Shown here: positions 10,207 through 20,528 of the stretch, in pieces
Position numbering within the stretch: position 1 is the first letter of the stretch
How the letters are laid out: every line of letters begins with the position of its first letter
Made by a program: the position numbers and the translations under genes
Virus record (IMG/VR): IMGVR_UViG_3300042884_000193
Coordinates: 32,001 to 96,000 of that record
From: a virus
DNA length: 64,000 nt
Reading direction: 5' to 3' (one strand)
Notes under the pieces: generated by a model
The model's input: only the letters and a program-made list of their open reading frames with translations
What the model was told of the DNA's origin: nothing
Databases searched by the model: none

Positions 10207-13200
10207 TTAGGATTCCTCCTCGTATGGATTATAGTTATTTGGCTTTACAGTAGGGCTTGTATATACATTAGCAGCGGAAGCTCCAGGATACACCTGCATC
10301 ATCTGAGCAAGCATTGCTGTATTTAGAGCCTCTTTTGTTTTAGGTGTATTAGACCCTGTACCTTTGTAGTACGCTGATAATAAACCAGTCAACTCCTCAT
10401 TAGATAAACTTGAATACTTAGGATTCTTTCTTGCTGCTGCATATTGATCTAAAATAGTAGGCATTGAACTTGTAGCTTCTCCTGTTGGGGATTTACCATT
10501 AATCTGAGACATATATCCACCAGCCTCAGGATGTATCCAAAATTGATCACCATATACAGAATTAAGATTTTGAGTTTTCATCATATTGGTAACTCCTGCT
10601 ACTGTATTTCTAAGTAGGTTATTTAACTTAATCTGCTTATTCTTATCATAGATAGCCTTAGATCCTACTACATTAGTATAGTAATCAGCATCAGCCGCAG
10701 CTTGTAACTGGTCTCTTTGTTGAGCACCTTGGAAGTTAGCAGCCTCAGCAGCATTAGAGTATCCAATATTTCTTGCATCTACTTCTGATGCGTTCTGTGC
10801 AGCCTGATCCATAAGTTGTCCCATAAGACCTGATGAAATAGATGCTGCGGCACCTGGAGATTTTGCAAAAGCATTAACCCCCTCAGTCATACCACGTACC
10901 ATTCCTGATGCTACTTGATCCCTGTATATAGGTGATTCAAATTGTGGTGTCATATATGCATTCTGTGGTAAGCGTTGGCGTATTGGCATATACCGATTTA
11001 CCGGTTGCAATGCAGATGCTGCAATATTAAGTTGATCTTGTAACCAAGGTTTAGGTCCAGGTTGTCTGTAAGGAGTAATATCATTGTCTACTTCAATATC
11101 TCCAGCTTCTCCTGGAATGATTTCTTCATCGGGACCAAACTCAGTCATCTCTAATGATGGATCCATATTAATCAAATCATACTGACCTGAAGTAGTATTT
11201 GTATTATAGGAGTCAGCGGGACTTATCATTCCTGCTGCTGCAGATCCAGCAATATATTCATCGCCATAACCACGTTGTCCAATATCAAAAGGTTTTAATT
11301 TAGTTTGTAGTTCGGGAGCAAGATTTGCTTTATCAAACATTAAATCTTTATAGCCTATGTAGGCCATTTGCTCTGCAGCATTAGCTAAACGCTTATCAGC
11401 TCCTTCCTCATAGGGTACACCAATCTCCTTAGCTTTGTTATATAATGTTTTATTAGTAATATCCTTACCATCAGCATCAGTAGCATTATTACTACCTTTT
11501 ACATCAAAACCATGAGCCCAAAGTGCTAAGTTTCTTTTTTGATGTCTTAAGTGAATTTTGACTAACTCATCATCAGTCATATTTTTTATAGCATTTTTAT
11601 TAGATATGCCATAAGTACCTTTATAGTTTGCATCTTTATCAGCAGCAGCTCTAATTTTATCAGCAAATGCTTTTTTAATAGCAGGATCCTGGAAAGTATC
11701 CTCAAGCATTTGATACATGCCTGCAAACTTATCACTACCATTAAATACTTTAGCTTTATCAGAACCTTTGTATGCAGGGTATTTACCTGCAGTTTCTTTA
11801 AAATTAAAGTACTTACCATCAGCTCCCTTTACAAAGACTTTACTCTTATCTGTGGCCTCCCTGTATTCTTTTTCTTTACGGGCATTAAAGGTAGCATCAT
11901 CCTCATCTTCTTTTCTCTCAATAATAATAGCGCCCTCTGGTATATTATATTTAGTAATTACTTTATCGGGTGTTTTTGTTTTAGTTCTTCTTACAACATT
12001 AGGGTTGTTAACATCATAACCACCACCCCCGCCGCCATTATTATTATCACTACCGCTATCATTAATAAAACCTAAGTTAGGCTCCGTTGTTTCATAGATA
12101 TTACCATCAGCGTCCTCATATATATATAGGCCTTTTCTTCTGCTATATGTTTGCTTAACAATATTATCAGGATCAAATTTGTTACGACCTTTTTTAGCAT
12201 AAGGTATAAATCTGCCTAACTTGTCAGCAGCTCCACCTTTTGCAAATACTTGCATTCCATATTGAGCCATCATTTCCATATCAGCTGGCATCTCCTCAGG
12301 CATTTGCTCAGGCATTCCTTCTGGCATCTGTTGAGACATAGCCATTTCAGCTCCCATCTCATCAGGCATTTGTTGAGCAGAAGGGTCCATTCCTTCAGGA
12401 CTACCTTGTTGCATTTGTTCAACCACCTGAGATATAAGTTGCATTACTTGATCCTGAGGCATACCAATTTGCACAAAGATTTGTGCTACTGCTTGAGGAG
12501 GAACACCTTGCTCTAATAAAGCAGCAACAACTTCTTCAGGTTGTGCACCTTGTTGTAATGCTTGTGCTACTTGTGCCATCATCTGTTCCATTTGTCCACC
12601 ACCTCCACCTTGTGGTTGAGGAGGTCCTTGTGGGGGCATACCTTCTGGAGGCATACCTTGTGGCATCTCTTGCGGCATTCCCTGAGGCATTTGTTGCATC
12701 ATTGCTTCTGGTGGCATCATTCCTGGACCACCTTCTTGACGACGGATAAATCTATTTAATCCGCCACCTCTTGAAAATACTTGATAACCTAACATAGCTT
12801 GAGGCATTGCATTTGGATCATTTACTTGTTGTGCCATTTGCTCAGCCATTTGAGCTGATTCGGCATCTGGCATATTTTGTTGATCAGGATTAGCAGTCAT
12901 GTTTTGATCAAACTGTGCAGCCTGCTCTTGGTCTACTTGAGCCATAGAGTTTATCATGTCCTGATAAAAAGGAAGATCCTTTATTGACATAGCCGGAATT
13001 TCCATAGCTTGTCTATCAAGACTTAATGCAGCAATTGCTGGTTCAGCAATCTTAGGTATCTCATCATTCTTCTTGGACTCTTGAGCAATAGCCAACATAC
13101 CAAGTTTCTTTGTCTTGTTCTTTATATTTGCAATAAGGGTATCCATTGTCATTTTATCCTTAGTCTCCGTAGGATCCATAAGGTTAGCAATGTCTTTATT

Positions 13201-13641
13201 AATATCATACTTCTTTGCAATATCTGCAAATGTGTAACCACCCTTACGATCAGGTAAACCAAAGTATGCAAGAATACCCGCATCCATATCTTTAGTTTTC
13301 TTATTACCACCTAACTTAAAGTCTTTACCATGAAAGTCACTGAAGATAAAAGTCTCTGGTGGAACATTAAGAGGAACACCGCCCGCATTGTGACGAGGTC
13401 CGTTAATTTTATATTGAGTTAAAAAACCTGTTGCTTTATCAATTACTGCAGCAGTTTCCCCACCCTCAGCTTCAATATTAGCGTCCTCACGCTTTACCTT
13501 TTTAATACTATCTCTAAACTCCAAACTAGGATCAGCTAGATCACTTGTTATAAATGAGGGAGCTGCTTGATAATAATCAAGGTATGAGTTACCGCCTTTT
13601 TTAGCTTGAGGTAATTTTTTAATTTTAACTTTACGTATCAT
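10207..13641 (-). CDS. Virion cargo protein with M/Q/P-rich low-complexity region (1144 aa)
   Basis: N-terminal ANIEAEGGET...GPRHNAGGVP...FIFSD motif recognised as typical of crAss-like cargo proteins; MPQG/MPEG repeats; several xxGG motifs. Confidence 0.65.
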   Translation of the reverse strand: MIRKVKIKKLPQAKKGGNSYLDYYQAAPSFITSDLADPSLEFRDSIKKVKREDANIEAEGGETAAVIDKATGFLTQYKINGPRHNAGGVPLNVPPETFIFSDFHGKDFKLGGNKKTKDMDAGILAYFGLPDRKGGYTFADIAKKYDINKDIANLMDPTETKDKMTMDTLIANIKNKTKKLGMLAIAQESKKNDEIPKIAEPAIAALSLDRQAMEIPAMSIKDLPFYQDMINSMAQVDQEQAAQFDQNMTANPDQQNMPDAESAQMAEQMAQQVNDPNAMPQAMLGYQVFSRGGGLNRFIRRQEGGPGMMPPEAMMQQMPQGMPQEMPQGMPPEGMPPQGPPQPQGGGGGQMEQMMAQVAQALQQGAQPEEVVAALLEQGVPPQAVAQIFVQIGMPQDQVMQLISQVVEQMQQGSPEGMDPSAQQMPDEMGAEMAMSQQMPEGMPEQMPEEMPADMEMMAQYGMQVFAKGGAADKLGRFIPYAKKGRNKFDPDNIVKQTYSRRKGLYIYEDADGNIYETTEPNLGFINDSGSDNNNGGGGGGYDVNNPNVVRRTKTKTPDKVITKYNIPEGAIIIERKEDEDDATFNARKEKEYREATDKSKVFVKGADGKYFNFKETAGKYPAYKGSDKAKVFNGSDKFAGMYQMLEDTFQDPAIKKAFADKIRAAADKDANYKGTYGISNKNAIKNMTDDELVKIHLRHQKRNLALWAHGFDVKGSNNATDADGKDITNKTLYNKAKEIGVPYEEGADKRLANAAEQMAYIGYKDLMFDKANLAPELQTKLKPFDIGQRGYGDEYIAGSAAAGMISPADSYNTNTTSGQYDLINMDPSLEMTEFGPDEEIIPGEAGDIEVDNDITPYRQPGPKPWLQDQLNIAASALQPVNRYMPIRQRLPQNAYMTPQFESPIYRDQVASGMVRGMTEGVNAFAKSPGAAASISSGLMGQLMDQAAQNASEVDARNIGYSNAAEAANFQGAQQRDQLQAAADADYYTNVVGSKAIYDKNKQIKLNNLLRNTVAGVTNMMKTQNLNSVYGDQFWIHPEAGGYMSQINGKSPTGEATSSMPTILDQYAAARKNPKYSSLSNEELTGLLSAYYKGTGSNTPKTKEALNTAMLAQMMQVYPGASAANVYTSPTVKPNNYNPYEEES

Positions 13642-13652
13642 GTAATTAGTTA

Positions 13653-16028
13653 TTAATCTTCATATTCAATTTCACCACCGTTGCTGATAATATCATCTAT
13701 CATATCTTGTGTAAGATAGATTGAACCACCTACTTGTAATCTAGGCATTTGCATACCTCTTTGAGCAAATGCTCTTAATGGACCACTGCTGAACTGAACA
13801 GGAGATCCCGCTAAACCACCTCCCTCAGGAGCTCCTGTAAATGTATTATAACCAAGGCGATCAGCATCTCTTACATCTGGTGATGCAGACTCCGTGTTCT
13901 CTGGCATAAATGCATTTCTCATAGCTAGATCAGCATTTCTTTTCTCCTTACGATTAAAGAAAGGTGTCGCAATATTAGCAATACCTGAGTTAATAAGATT
14001 AAGTGTAGGTATTGCGTTAAATGGATTTTTAACTTTACCACTACCTGTAGCTGTTACACTTTTCTCAACCTCACGTTCCCCCATCGCATAGCTATTTTCT
14101 TTATTGGTACCATTAATATTAAGAGTTTGATCCTGAGAACCTACCATAAGTGGATTATCTGTCTTAGCTCCAATGAAATCAAAAAATGATTTTTTATCTG
14201 TTGCTTTACCAGGTTGGAATGGCCCAGTTGATGGACCAGGTCCACCAAAAATATCGGGTATACCAAAAGTACTAGGTCCATAATCACCTTTAAAACTTGG
14301 TAGTTGTGAGCCACCCATTTTCTTTTCACCCAAGTATTGTTTGCGCATATAAGAATGCCAACTTTCTTCCGTATCTGGATTTTTATTAGGTTGTCCTTTT
14401 ATCGGATAACTAACTCTTTGTTTATCATCTGCTGGTGGATTTACAGGTGGTTCATCCTTAGAGGGATCTACTTGTGGTTCTGTTTGTTTAGGTAAGTTAT
14501 TAATATCTATCTGCATTGATGTTCCAGGTATAGTGATCATACCTGATCCTGAGCCTGGTGCTGGTATATTTTTCATACCACTTCTATCAATAGGTCTTTC
14601 AGACTCTATCATAGCAGCTTCATTTTTAAGGAATTTTCTACCCATCCCTCTTAGATTTTTTCTATTAGGATCAATACCAGCTTCATTTAATAACTCACGA
14701 CGCTCACCCCTTGAAATATTTTGCCATAGATCAGGGCTTAGTTGATCAGTTTGCATTAAACCTCCTCCTGGAGATTTTGCATTTTGCGCATATACTTTTT
14801 CATTTGATGCTTTCTCCCAGTCATAGTTATCAAATACTGACTGACCTTCAGGAAGAACTGTTATACTTGTATCATAGTTTCTAGTATCAAACATTTTACC
14901 TATTCCTATTTTATCTAGAAGTTTCCCGGCTACTGTTGGATTTGCTGTAACAGATTTTTGAATTCTATCATAGTCACCACTATCTAAAGCTTCTTGAAGT
15001 TTTTGGCTAAACCCCTGATCATATTTAACACTGTCCTCATCTAAATCAAATTGCCTACCTTGACGTAATCCCATATAGTCAGCTAAACCCATTTCAGGAG
15101 CTGCCATTTGAGTTGTGGTAAATGGAGCATAGTTTCTTCCTGTAAGCATCTCAGGAGATGCACCAGGACCACTTAAGTCTGTGCCAGGCATCTTTAATCC
15201 TTGCATTATAGGATAGTTACTTATAAAAGAAAGATCGGGTGGTCCACCAAAAGATGGCACTTGATTATTTTTAAACGCCTCTCCTACTTGACTATAGTAG
15301 TTATTATACAACTCAGGTAATATCGCATTAAGCTGCTCATTTGTCAATTCACTAATGTCTGAAACATTAGCTTGTTGCATAATTTGATTTTGAGATTCTT
15401 GCGGTAAGCCTGCAAACAATTGTGATTGCCATGTCTGTCCATCAATCTGATATTTATGTAAGCTGGTCTTTCCGCCTTTTTGTTTTATTACACCACTAGT
15501 TTGATTTGTACCATCTGGAATGTACTCAGGTGATGATACACCAATAGACCAGTCATTTGGTGCAACTTGTTCTTGTTGAGTTGCAGCAGCTTCTTCTTTA
15601 TCCTTTGCTTCTTTTGCTGCTTTTTCTTGTGCTGACATATATTGATAATATGCAGGCGCAACAAAAGTATCAACTAAAGTTTGACCAATATTTTGTAAAC
15701 TGTTTGTCTTATATTTTTCAGCTGCTGTTACAAACAACTCGGGATGAGCTACTTTAGGATTTTCTAAACCAGGATAGCCATAAGGAGCTTGCCAAGGAAT
15801 TTGCCCTCTAACTTCAGCAGTCATCAAATTACCCATAGGCATTTGCTGAGGAAACTCAGGAACATGATTTTGTTCTAAGTATCCTTGAGCAGAAGCTACA
15901 AACTTCTGTATTTCTTCTTGAAGCTTTTTATTTTGAGCATCTTTTTTATTCTCGGTAACTCCTTTTACAAAGTTATCAAGACGCTGTTTAAAAAAGCCAT
16001 CTGGTTTTGTTATTGGTTTTATGCTCAT
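13653..16028 (-). CDS. Putative virion internal protein (791 aa)
   Basis: Long ORF in the cargo cluster; KQKGG, KKMGG and LQVGG motifs; ends in DIISNGGEIEYED. Confidence 0.55.
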   Translation of the reverse strand: MSIKPITKPDGFFKQRLDNFVKGVTENKKDAQNKKLQEEIQKFVASAQGYLEQNHVPEFPQQMPMGNLMTAEVRGQIPWQAPYGYPGLENPKVAHPELFVTAAEKYKTNSLQNIGQTLVDTFVAPAYYQYMSAQEKAAKEAKDKEEAAATQQEQVAPNDWSIGVSSPEYIPDGTNQTSGVIKQKGGKTSLHKYQIDGQTWQSQLFAGLPQESQNQIMQQANVSDISELTNEQLNAILPELYNNYYSQVGEAFKNNQVPSFGGPPDLSFISNYPIMQGLKMPGTDLSGPGASPEMLTGRNYAPFTTTQMAAPEMGLADYMGLRQGRQFDLDEDSVKYDQGFSQKLQEALDSGDYDRIQKSVTANPTVAGKLLDKIGIGKMFDTRNYDTSITVLPEGQSVFDNYDWEKASNEKVYAQNAKSPGGGLMQTDQLSPDLWQNISRGERRELLNEAGIDPNRKNLRGMGRKFLKNEAAMIESERPIDRSGMKNIPAPGSGSGMITIPGTSMQIDINNLPKQTEPQVDPSKDEPPVNPPADDKQRVSYPIKGQPNKNPDTEESWHSYMRKQYLGEKKMGGSQLPSFKGDYGPSTFGIPDIFGGPGPSTGPFQPGKATDKKSFFDFIGAKTDNPLMVGSQDQTLNINGTNKENSYAMGEREVEKSVTATGSGKVKNPFNAIPTLNLINSGIANIATPFFNRKEKRNADLAMRNAFMPENTESASPDVRDADRLGYNTFTGAPEGGGLAGSPVQFSSGPLRAFAQRGMQMPRLQVGGSIYLTQDMIDDIISNGGEIEYED

Positions 16029-16234
16029 TATCCGTAATGTGAAAGGTCTTGTTTCATTTTAGTAAAGAGGTCTGCGCCAAGTTTCATCTTAGGCAGATCT
16101 TGAGGCATTGTGTACTGACCCATTGGGTTGTACATAGCTGGTCCTCCTTCTTGCATAAAGAAGTATCTTCTATCATAAGTTCCTCCCTCGGACATTACAA
16201 TAGGGACACCAAAAAGGTTCTCGTAGTTATACAT
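16028..16234 (-). CDS. Small protein made largely of xEGG / LPKMKLG motifs (68 aa)
   Basis: Fills the gap between two genes; TAATG overlap with the downstream gene. Confidence 0.6.
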   Translation of the reverse strand: MYNYENLFGVPIVMSEGGTYDRRYFFMQEGGPAMYNPMGQYTMPQDLPKMKLGADLFTKMKQDLSHYG

Positions 16235-16271
16235 ACAGCTAAGTTACATTATATTGTTAAGATACTCAAAT

Positions 16272-19200
16272 TTAGTTAGTTTTCCTAGAGTTTGTCCATG
16301 CTGCTTCAAAGTAATTGTCTAGTGATTTATGATCTCTTGGTTTAGCAGTACCTCCTAATTTTTTAACAGAATTAGTTAACGTAGAAATTTCACCCTCAAG
16401 GTTATATAAGTTAAGTAACTCATCTGGTGTAAGATTTTCAAAACCTCTTCCAACAAGACTGGCAAATTCTTTTCGTGCAGCATCTAATCTTTTAGTAGCT
16501 TCAGCTCCTGTTAATTGTACAGCTGGTTTAGAAACTGCAGAATTTGATCTATACAGTGGGTGTTTTTCAGGTATGCGATCAAATGCATTAAAATGTTCTC
16601 TTAGTTTTTCAATAACCAGATCTGGATTTTGATATGATATTCCTTGTGCGGGTTTTGAAACATCATAAATATCTACAACATTTTTTGTATCATTGTATCT
16701 AAAGTTACCTCTAAGATTATCAACATCTAAGAAAAACCCCCTAGACATTAAATCTCGTGCATCTGCTTCTAATTTATTTAGGACTTCTTCTTTTGTGAGG
16801 TTTTGGAATTTTCCGGTTCTATTTAAATTTGGCATTATTTCAATAAGACCGCTGCCATCTTTATGTGCTCTTTTAACAACAGCTATATTATCACCTATAA
16901 CACCTTCAAAAGATTTTAGTAAATCGTCAACGTTATCTGTTTTAAATGTCTGACCTACTTTGATAACATGACCTGGATCATCAGCTAATTCAAAAACCAT
17001 ACCTTCAGCACCATTACCAAGACTTCTACCTAAAGGAGAGTTAGGTTGTATATTTTGTTCTTCTAACAAAGTTCTAAACTCTTTTGCTTGGTCTCTGCCT
17101 ATTCCCCAGGCATCAGAAAAATTGCTACGTGTATCAAAAGGACTACCTTTAATTTTAGCTCTTCCTATATCAGTTAAATCCTCAGCTAATTTATATTGCG
17201 CACTCCATCTATTATTATAGGCTTTCCAATAATCAGCAAATTGAGCAAGATCTATATCATCTGCTTTTCCACCAGTAAGAGTTACAAAGTTTTCAAGCAT
17301 TTTAGCTTCTGCATCAGCCTTTACTTTACCTATTAAAGGATCCCAATTTAATTTAGATGCATCTTTTATTTCTCTATACCCCATTAAAAAATTAGGTTTC
17401 GCTTTATAAGCAGTGTAATTTCTTTCAGAGTCTGCTAGGAATGCTTCTTTTCCTTTTCCTACTATTTTACTTTCTGCATTTGCAATATCAAATGCTAAAG
17501 GATTATATTTATAAATATTACTTACAAAATTATTTGTTGCATTCATTGCAGGTTTTGCAAGCTCATATCCTGCTTTTAATACAGGAGCTGCAAAAGGTGC
17601 TATTTCTAAAGCAGTTATTAAATTTTCAGCAAAAGCATTTGCATAATCAAGGGGATTACCCGTATCATTAGCATGTCGCCAAGGTTCGAGAGCTTGACCG
17701 CTTTGTATAGTTTTTAAACCATGTACTCCAAATCCGTAAGTTAAAGCATTACCTGCATTAAGCCAAGGAACAGCTTTTGGAGCTGCATTTAGAAGTTGTC
17801 TTCCACCAGCTACTGTAGCTTGAACAAGTGGTGATGATGCCGCTGCACCATATACCAATTCTCCAAGTCCTGCTAAGCCTGCTTCTCCAAGAGCAACAGG
17901 AGCCATTAATAAACTTTCAAAAATAGGAACACTTGGTAAACCTGCTGGATCATTAATAGGGGCACGTCTGAAGTTTTTTATATCTTTTTTTCTCTGTTCT
18001 TCTTCTACCTTTTCTTTATCAAACCTGCTTCTTCCTTCTTGTAGATCTATAATAGAAGCAAGTTCAGGGCTAATCTTTTTTTCTTCTATCTTCTCATACT
18101 CCGGTATTTGATCTGCAGGAATACCTTTAGCAATTCTTTGTTGACGAATTACATCAGGTACTCTAGCATAACCTTTCCTACCCCAATTAGATGCTTCATA
18201 TTCTTTTACTGAATTCCACCCCATAGCTTGAGCTCGCCTATTAAGTTCCATATTTTCAGCAACAGATTTACTAGAATCATAGCTAAAATCAAAGTCACCA
18301 CCTTCTTCTGCTTTAGGTAGCTCACCTCCTTCCTTTAGAGGTTTTATAATAAGATTGTTAAGACCATTTTCCTTACTGCTACCAATAACTTTAAAACCTT
18401 TAGGTATATTACCCATTATTTCTTTTTCTGAAATTGCACCACTATTAAGCCCTGTTTTAGGATTCCAGATAAAAGGTATTCTTTTATCACTATACGGCAT
18501 TCCGGCAAAGTTACTTCCTAAACCTTTGGTATATCTACTAGGGACAACAAGTCTTGTATTTCCAAAAGCGCTTAGGTCACCTGCTCCTGGAGTACCCACA
18601 CTCCAAGTTCTAATAGTTTTTTCGGTAGGAGTATTAAATACATCTCCTGCTTTTAGTCCTTCAAGTAATTTATTTTCTGCTGATCCACGTTCATAATAAC
18701 CAAGAATTCTAGAAATAGGGTAATCAGCTTTACTAAAATCAGTAGCGCCGGATCTTGTAAAGTCTTCCATTTGTGCCCATTCTTCAGGAGTTAATTTCAT
18801 ACCCTTACCAAATTTATCTAATAATCCAGCTTGAGCATCAGTATAAGTCTTTGGTATATAGCCTGAAGATTTAATTGGAAAATTAGGTCTTTCAACTTTC
18901 CATGCTGGAAAACCAAAATCTGTTAAACGAGAATTTCCTGTAGCAACTTTGTTATAAACTTTTCCTGCACTTTTAACTAAGGGTCCTGCAGTCATTCTTG
19001 CAGAGTTTATGGCCATTCCCAAAGGTTTTACGATAGGGGCCGCCTCCAGTGCCTCCGAGGCCATATTAATTAAACCTTCTTTAGTTGTCCATGACTCAGG
19101 TTGAAGTGCAGCATTAGACAATCTATAAGCAGCATTTGCATAAAAAAAAGGATTAGCATATTGAGTTACATCTGAAAAGGCATCTCCATCTTCCCTATAC

Positions 19201-20528
19201 CCATAGTTACCAAGATTACCTTGAGGAATATATCCATATTTCATTGCATGCCCAGCAGCTTCTATAGGATTACTTAAAGCATAATAAATTTGATTAACAG
19301 TTTCCTGGGCAGGAGTTGTTCTTTTAGCGGTGAGTGTATCATGTCTATTTAATTTTTCATATGCTTCACGTTCTTTTTCTGCTTTAATACGTGCCTCTTC
19401 TGCTCTCACCTCAGCTAAAATCTGCGGACCAGTTTTACCTTCCCATTCTAAAGGAGGTTTGAACGTATTAGCAGGCATAGTAGATTCTGCTACAGCAAAT
19501 CCTGATATTAAATCCTGATTCATCTTTTTTATATCAGCTTTTAAAGAAGATGAAGAAGTAGTAGTTTTTGATTTTGCTTTAGGAGGTAGTGTAGAATACC
19601 CAGGTATACCTTCCATTACTTGTTGATCCCAAGTTTGTTGTTTTGGTTGAGCTTTAATTATACCTATACCCGTTCCTTGTCCTTTAGTAAAGTGAGTTTT
19701 CTCTGGCTGCCATGCCCAACCTGATGCTTCATACTCACCAACAGAGTTATGACCAGCTGCTTCAGCTCTTCTATTAAGCTCAGCATTTTCTTTAGGGCTT
19801 TTTCTCCAATCGTAACTAGGTTTAAAATTAGGATTAGAAAATTGACCCTCAATTTGCATCCTATGTAAAGGACCACCTTGTTTTTTTCTTTCTACATAAC
19901 GCATTCTCTGTATCTCAGGATCAAATATTAAGTTTTGATTTTTACCGCCCCAGTTGCGATCATTACTTAACATAAAGTCCTTATACTCCATCCAACCTGT
20001 ATCGCCAGGTTTATTCTCTCCTGGAATATGTGACTTTAACCAAACACCTGTATTAGGGTTAGTGCTAAAACCATGATAATAACCATCACCAGGATCCGGT
20101 TGCCATTGAGGATAATTTGCTAAAGCCTCTTCAAAATTCTTAGGTTTACCTAAGGCATCCCACATGCCATAGTGATCATATTGTCTAGGATTTCCATATT
20201 GCCACTCAGCATCAGGTCTTCTATTCTCAGGTGCAGTTTCACTATATTTTAAAAACGCTTCATAATCATTAGGTAGTCCTTGTTGAGCTTGAGGTAACTT
20301 CTCTTCTATAACACCTACAGCTCCTGGAAATGTATAGCTAGGTACACCCGGTATCATGGTAATAGGATTACCATACATATCATTTGGATATACGGGTGTA
20401 GCCTTTACATGTTTTTTAACACCGGTCATTGTAAGGTTAGAACTTGGTACATATAGTTTATCCAAGTTCTTATCCTTGCTGTTTTCTTTGTAACCGGTTG
20501 TGCTAACCTTTAATTTCCGTGCTGCCAT
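16272..20528 (-). CDS. Multidomain cargo-type protein with ADP-ribosyltransferase-like and protein-kinase-like domains (1418 aa)
   Basis: ART-like R-S-E motifs ISRIL / RTWS / EKE (~18335-18800); kinase-like GNGAEG, VIK, DNLRGN, IYD (~16580-17040); internal 35-aa repeat. Confidence 0.75.
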   Translation of the reverse strand: MAARKLKVSTTGYKENSKDKNLDKLYVPSSNLTMTGVKKHVKATPVYPNDMYGNPITMIPGVPSYTFPGAVGVIEEKLPQAQQGLPNDYEAFLKYSETAPENRRPDAEWQYGNPRQYDHYGMWDALGKPKNFEEALANYPQWQPDPGDGYYHGFSTNPNTGVWLKSHIPGENKPGDTGWMEYKDFMLSNDRNWGGKNQNLIFDPEIQRMRYVERKKQGGPLHRMQIEGQFSNPNFKPSYDWRKSPKENAELNRRAEAAGHNSVGEYEASGWAWQPEKTHFTKGQGTGIGIIKAQPKQQTWDQQVMEGIPGYSTLPPKAKSKTTTSSSSLKADIKKMNQDLISGFAVAESTMPANTFKPPLEWEGKTGPQILAEVRAEEARIKAEKEREAYEKLNRHDTLTAKRTTPAQETVNQIYYALSNPIEAAGHAMKYGYIPQGNLGNYGYREDGDAFSDVTQYANPFFYANAAYRLSNAALQPESWTTKEGLINMASEALEAAPIVKPLGMAINSARMTAGPLVKSAGKVYNKVATGNSRLTDFGFPAWKVERPNFPIKSSGYIPKTYTDAQAGLLDKFGKGMKLTPEEWAQMEDFTRSGATDFSKADYPISRILGYYERGSAENKLLEGLKAGDVFNTPTEKTIRTWSVGTPGAGDLSAFGNTRLVVPSRYTKGLGSNFAGMPYSDKRIPFIWNPKTGLNSGAISEKEIMGNIPKGFKVIGSSKENGLNNLIIKPLKEGGELPKAEEGGDFDFSYDSSKSVAENMELNRRAQAMGWNSVKEYEASNWGRKGYARVPDVIRQQRIAKGIPADQIPEYEKIEEKKISPELASIIDLQEGRSRFDKEKVEEEQRKKDIKNFRRAPINDPAGLPSVPIFESLLMAPVALGEAGLAGLGELVYGAAASSPLVQATVAGGRQLLNAAPKAVPWLNAGNALTYGFGVHGLKTIQSGQALEPWRHANDTGNPLDYANAFAENLITALEIAPFAAPVLKAGYELAKPAMNATNNFVSNIYKYNPLAFDIANAESKIVGKGKEAFLADSERNYTAYKAKPNFLMGYREIKDASKLNWDPLIGKVKADAEAKMLENFVTLTGGKADDIDLAQFADYWKAYNNRWSAQYKLAEDLTDIGRAKIKGSPFDTRSNFSDAWGIGRDQAKEFRTLLEEQNIQPNSPLGRSLGNGAEGMVFELADDPGHVIKVGQTFKTDNVDDLLKSFEGVIGDNIAVVKRAHKDGSGLIEIMPNLNRTGKFQNLTKEEVLNKLEADARDLMSRGFFLDVDNLRGNFRYNDTKNVVDIYDVSKPAQGISYQNPDLVIEKLREHFNAFDRIPEKHPLYRSNSAVSKPAVQLTGAEATKRLDAARKEFASLVGRGFENLTPDELLNLYNLEGEISTLTNSVKKLGGTAKPRDHKSLDNYFEAAWTNSRKTN

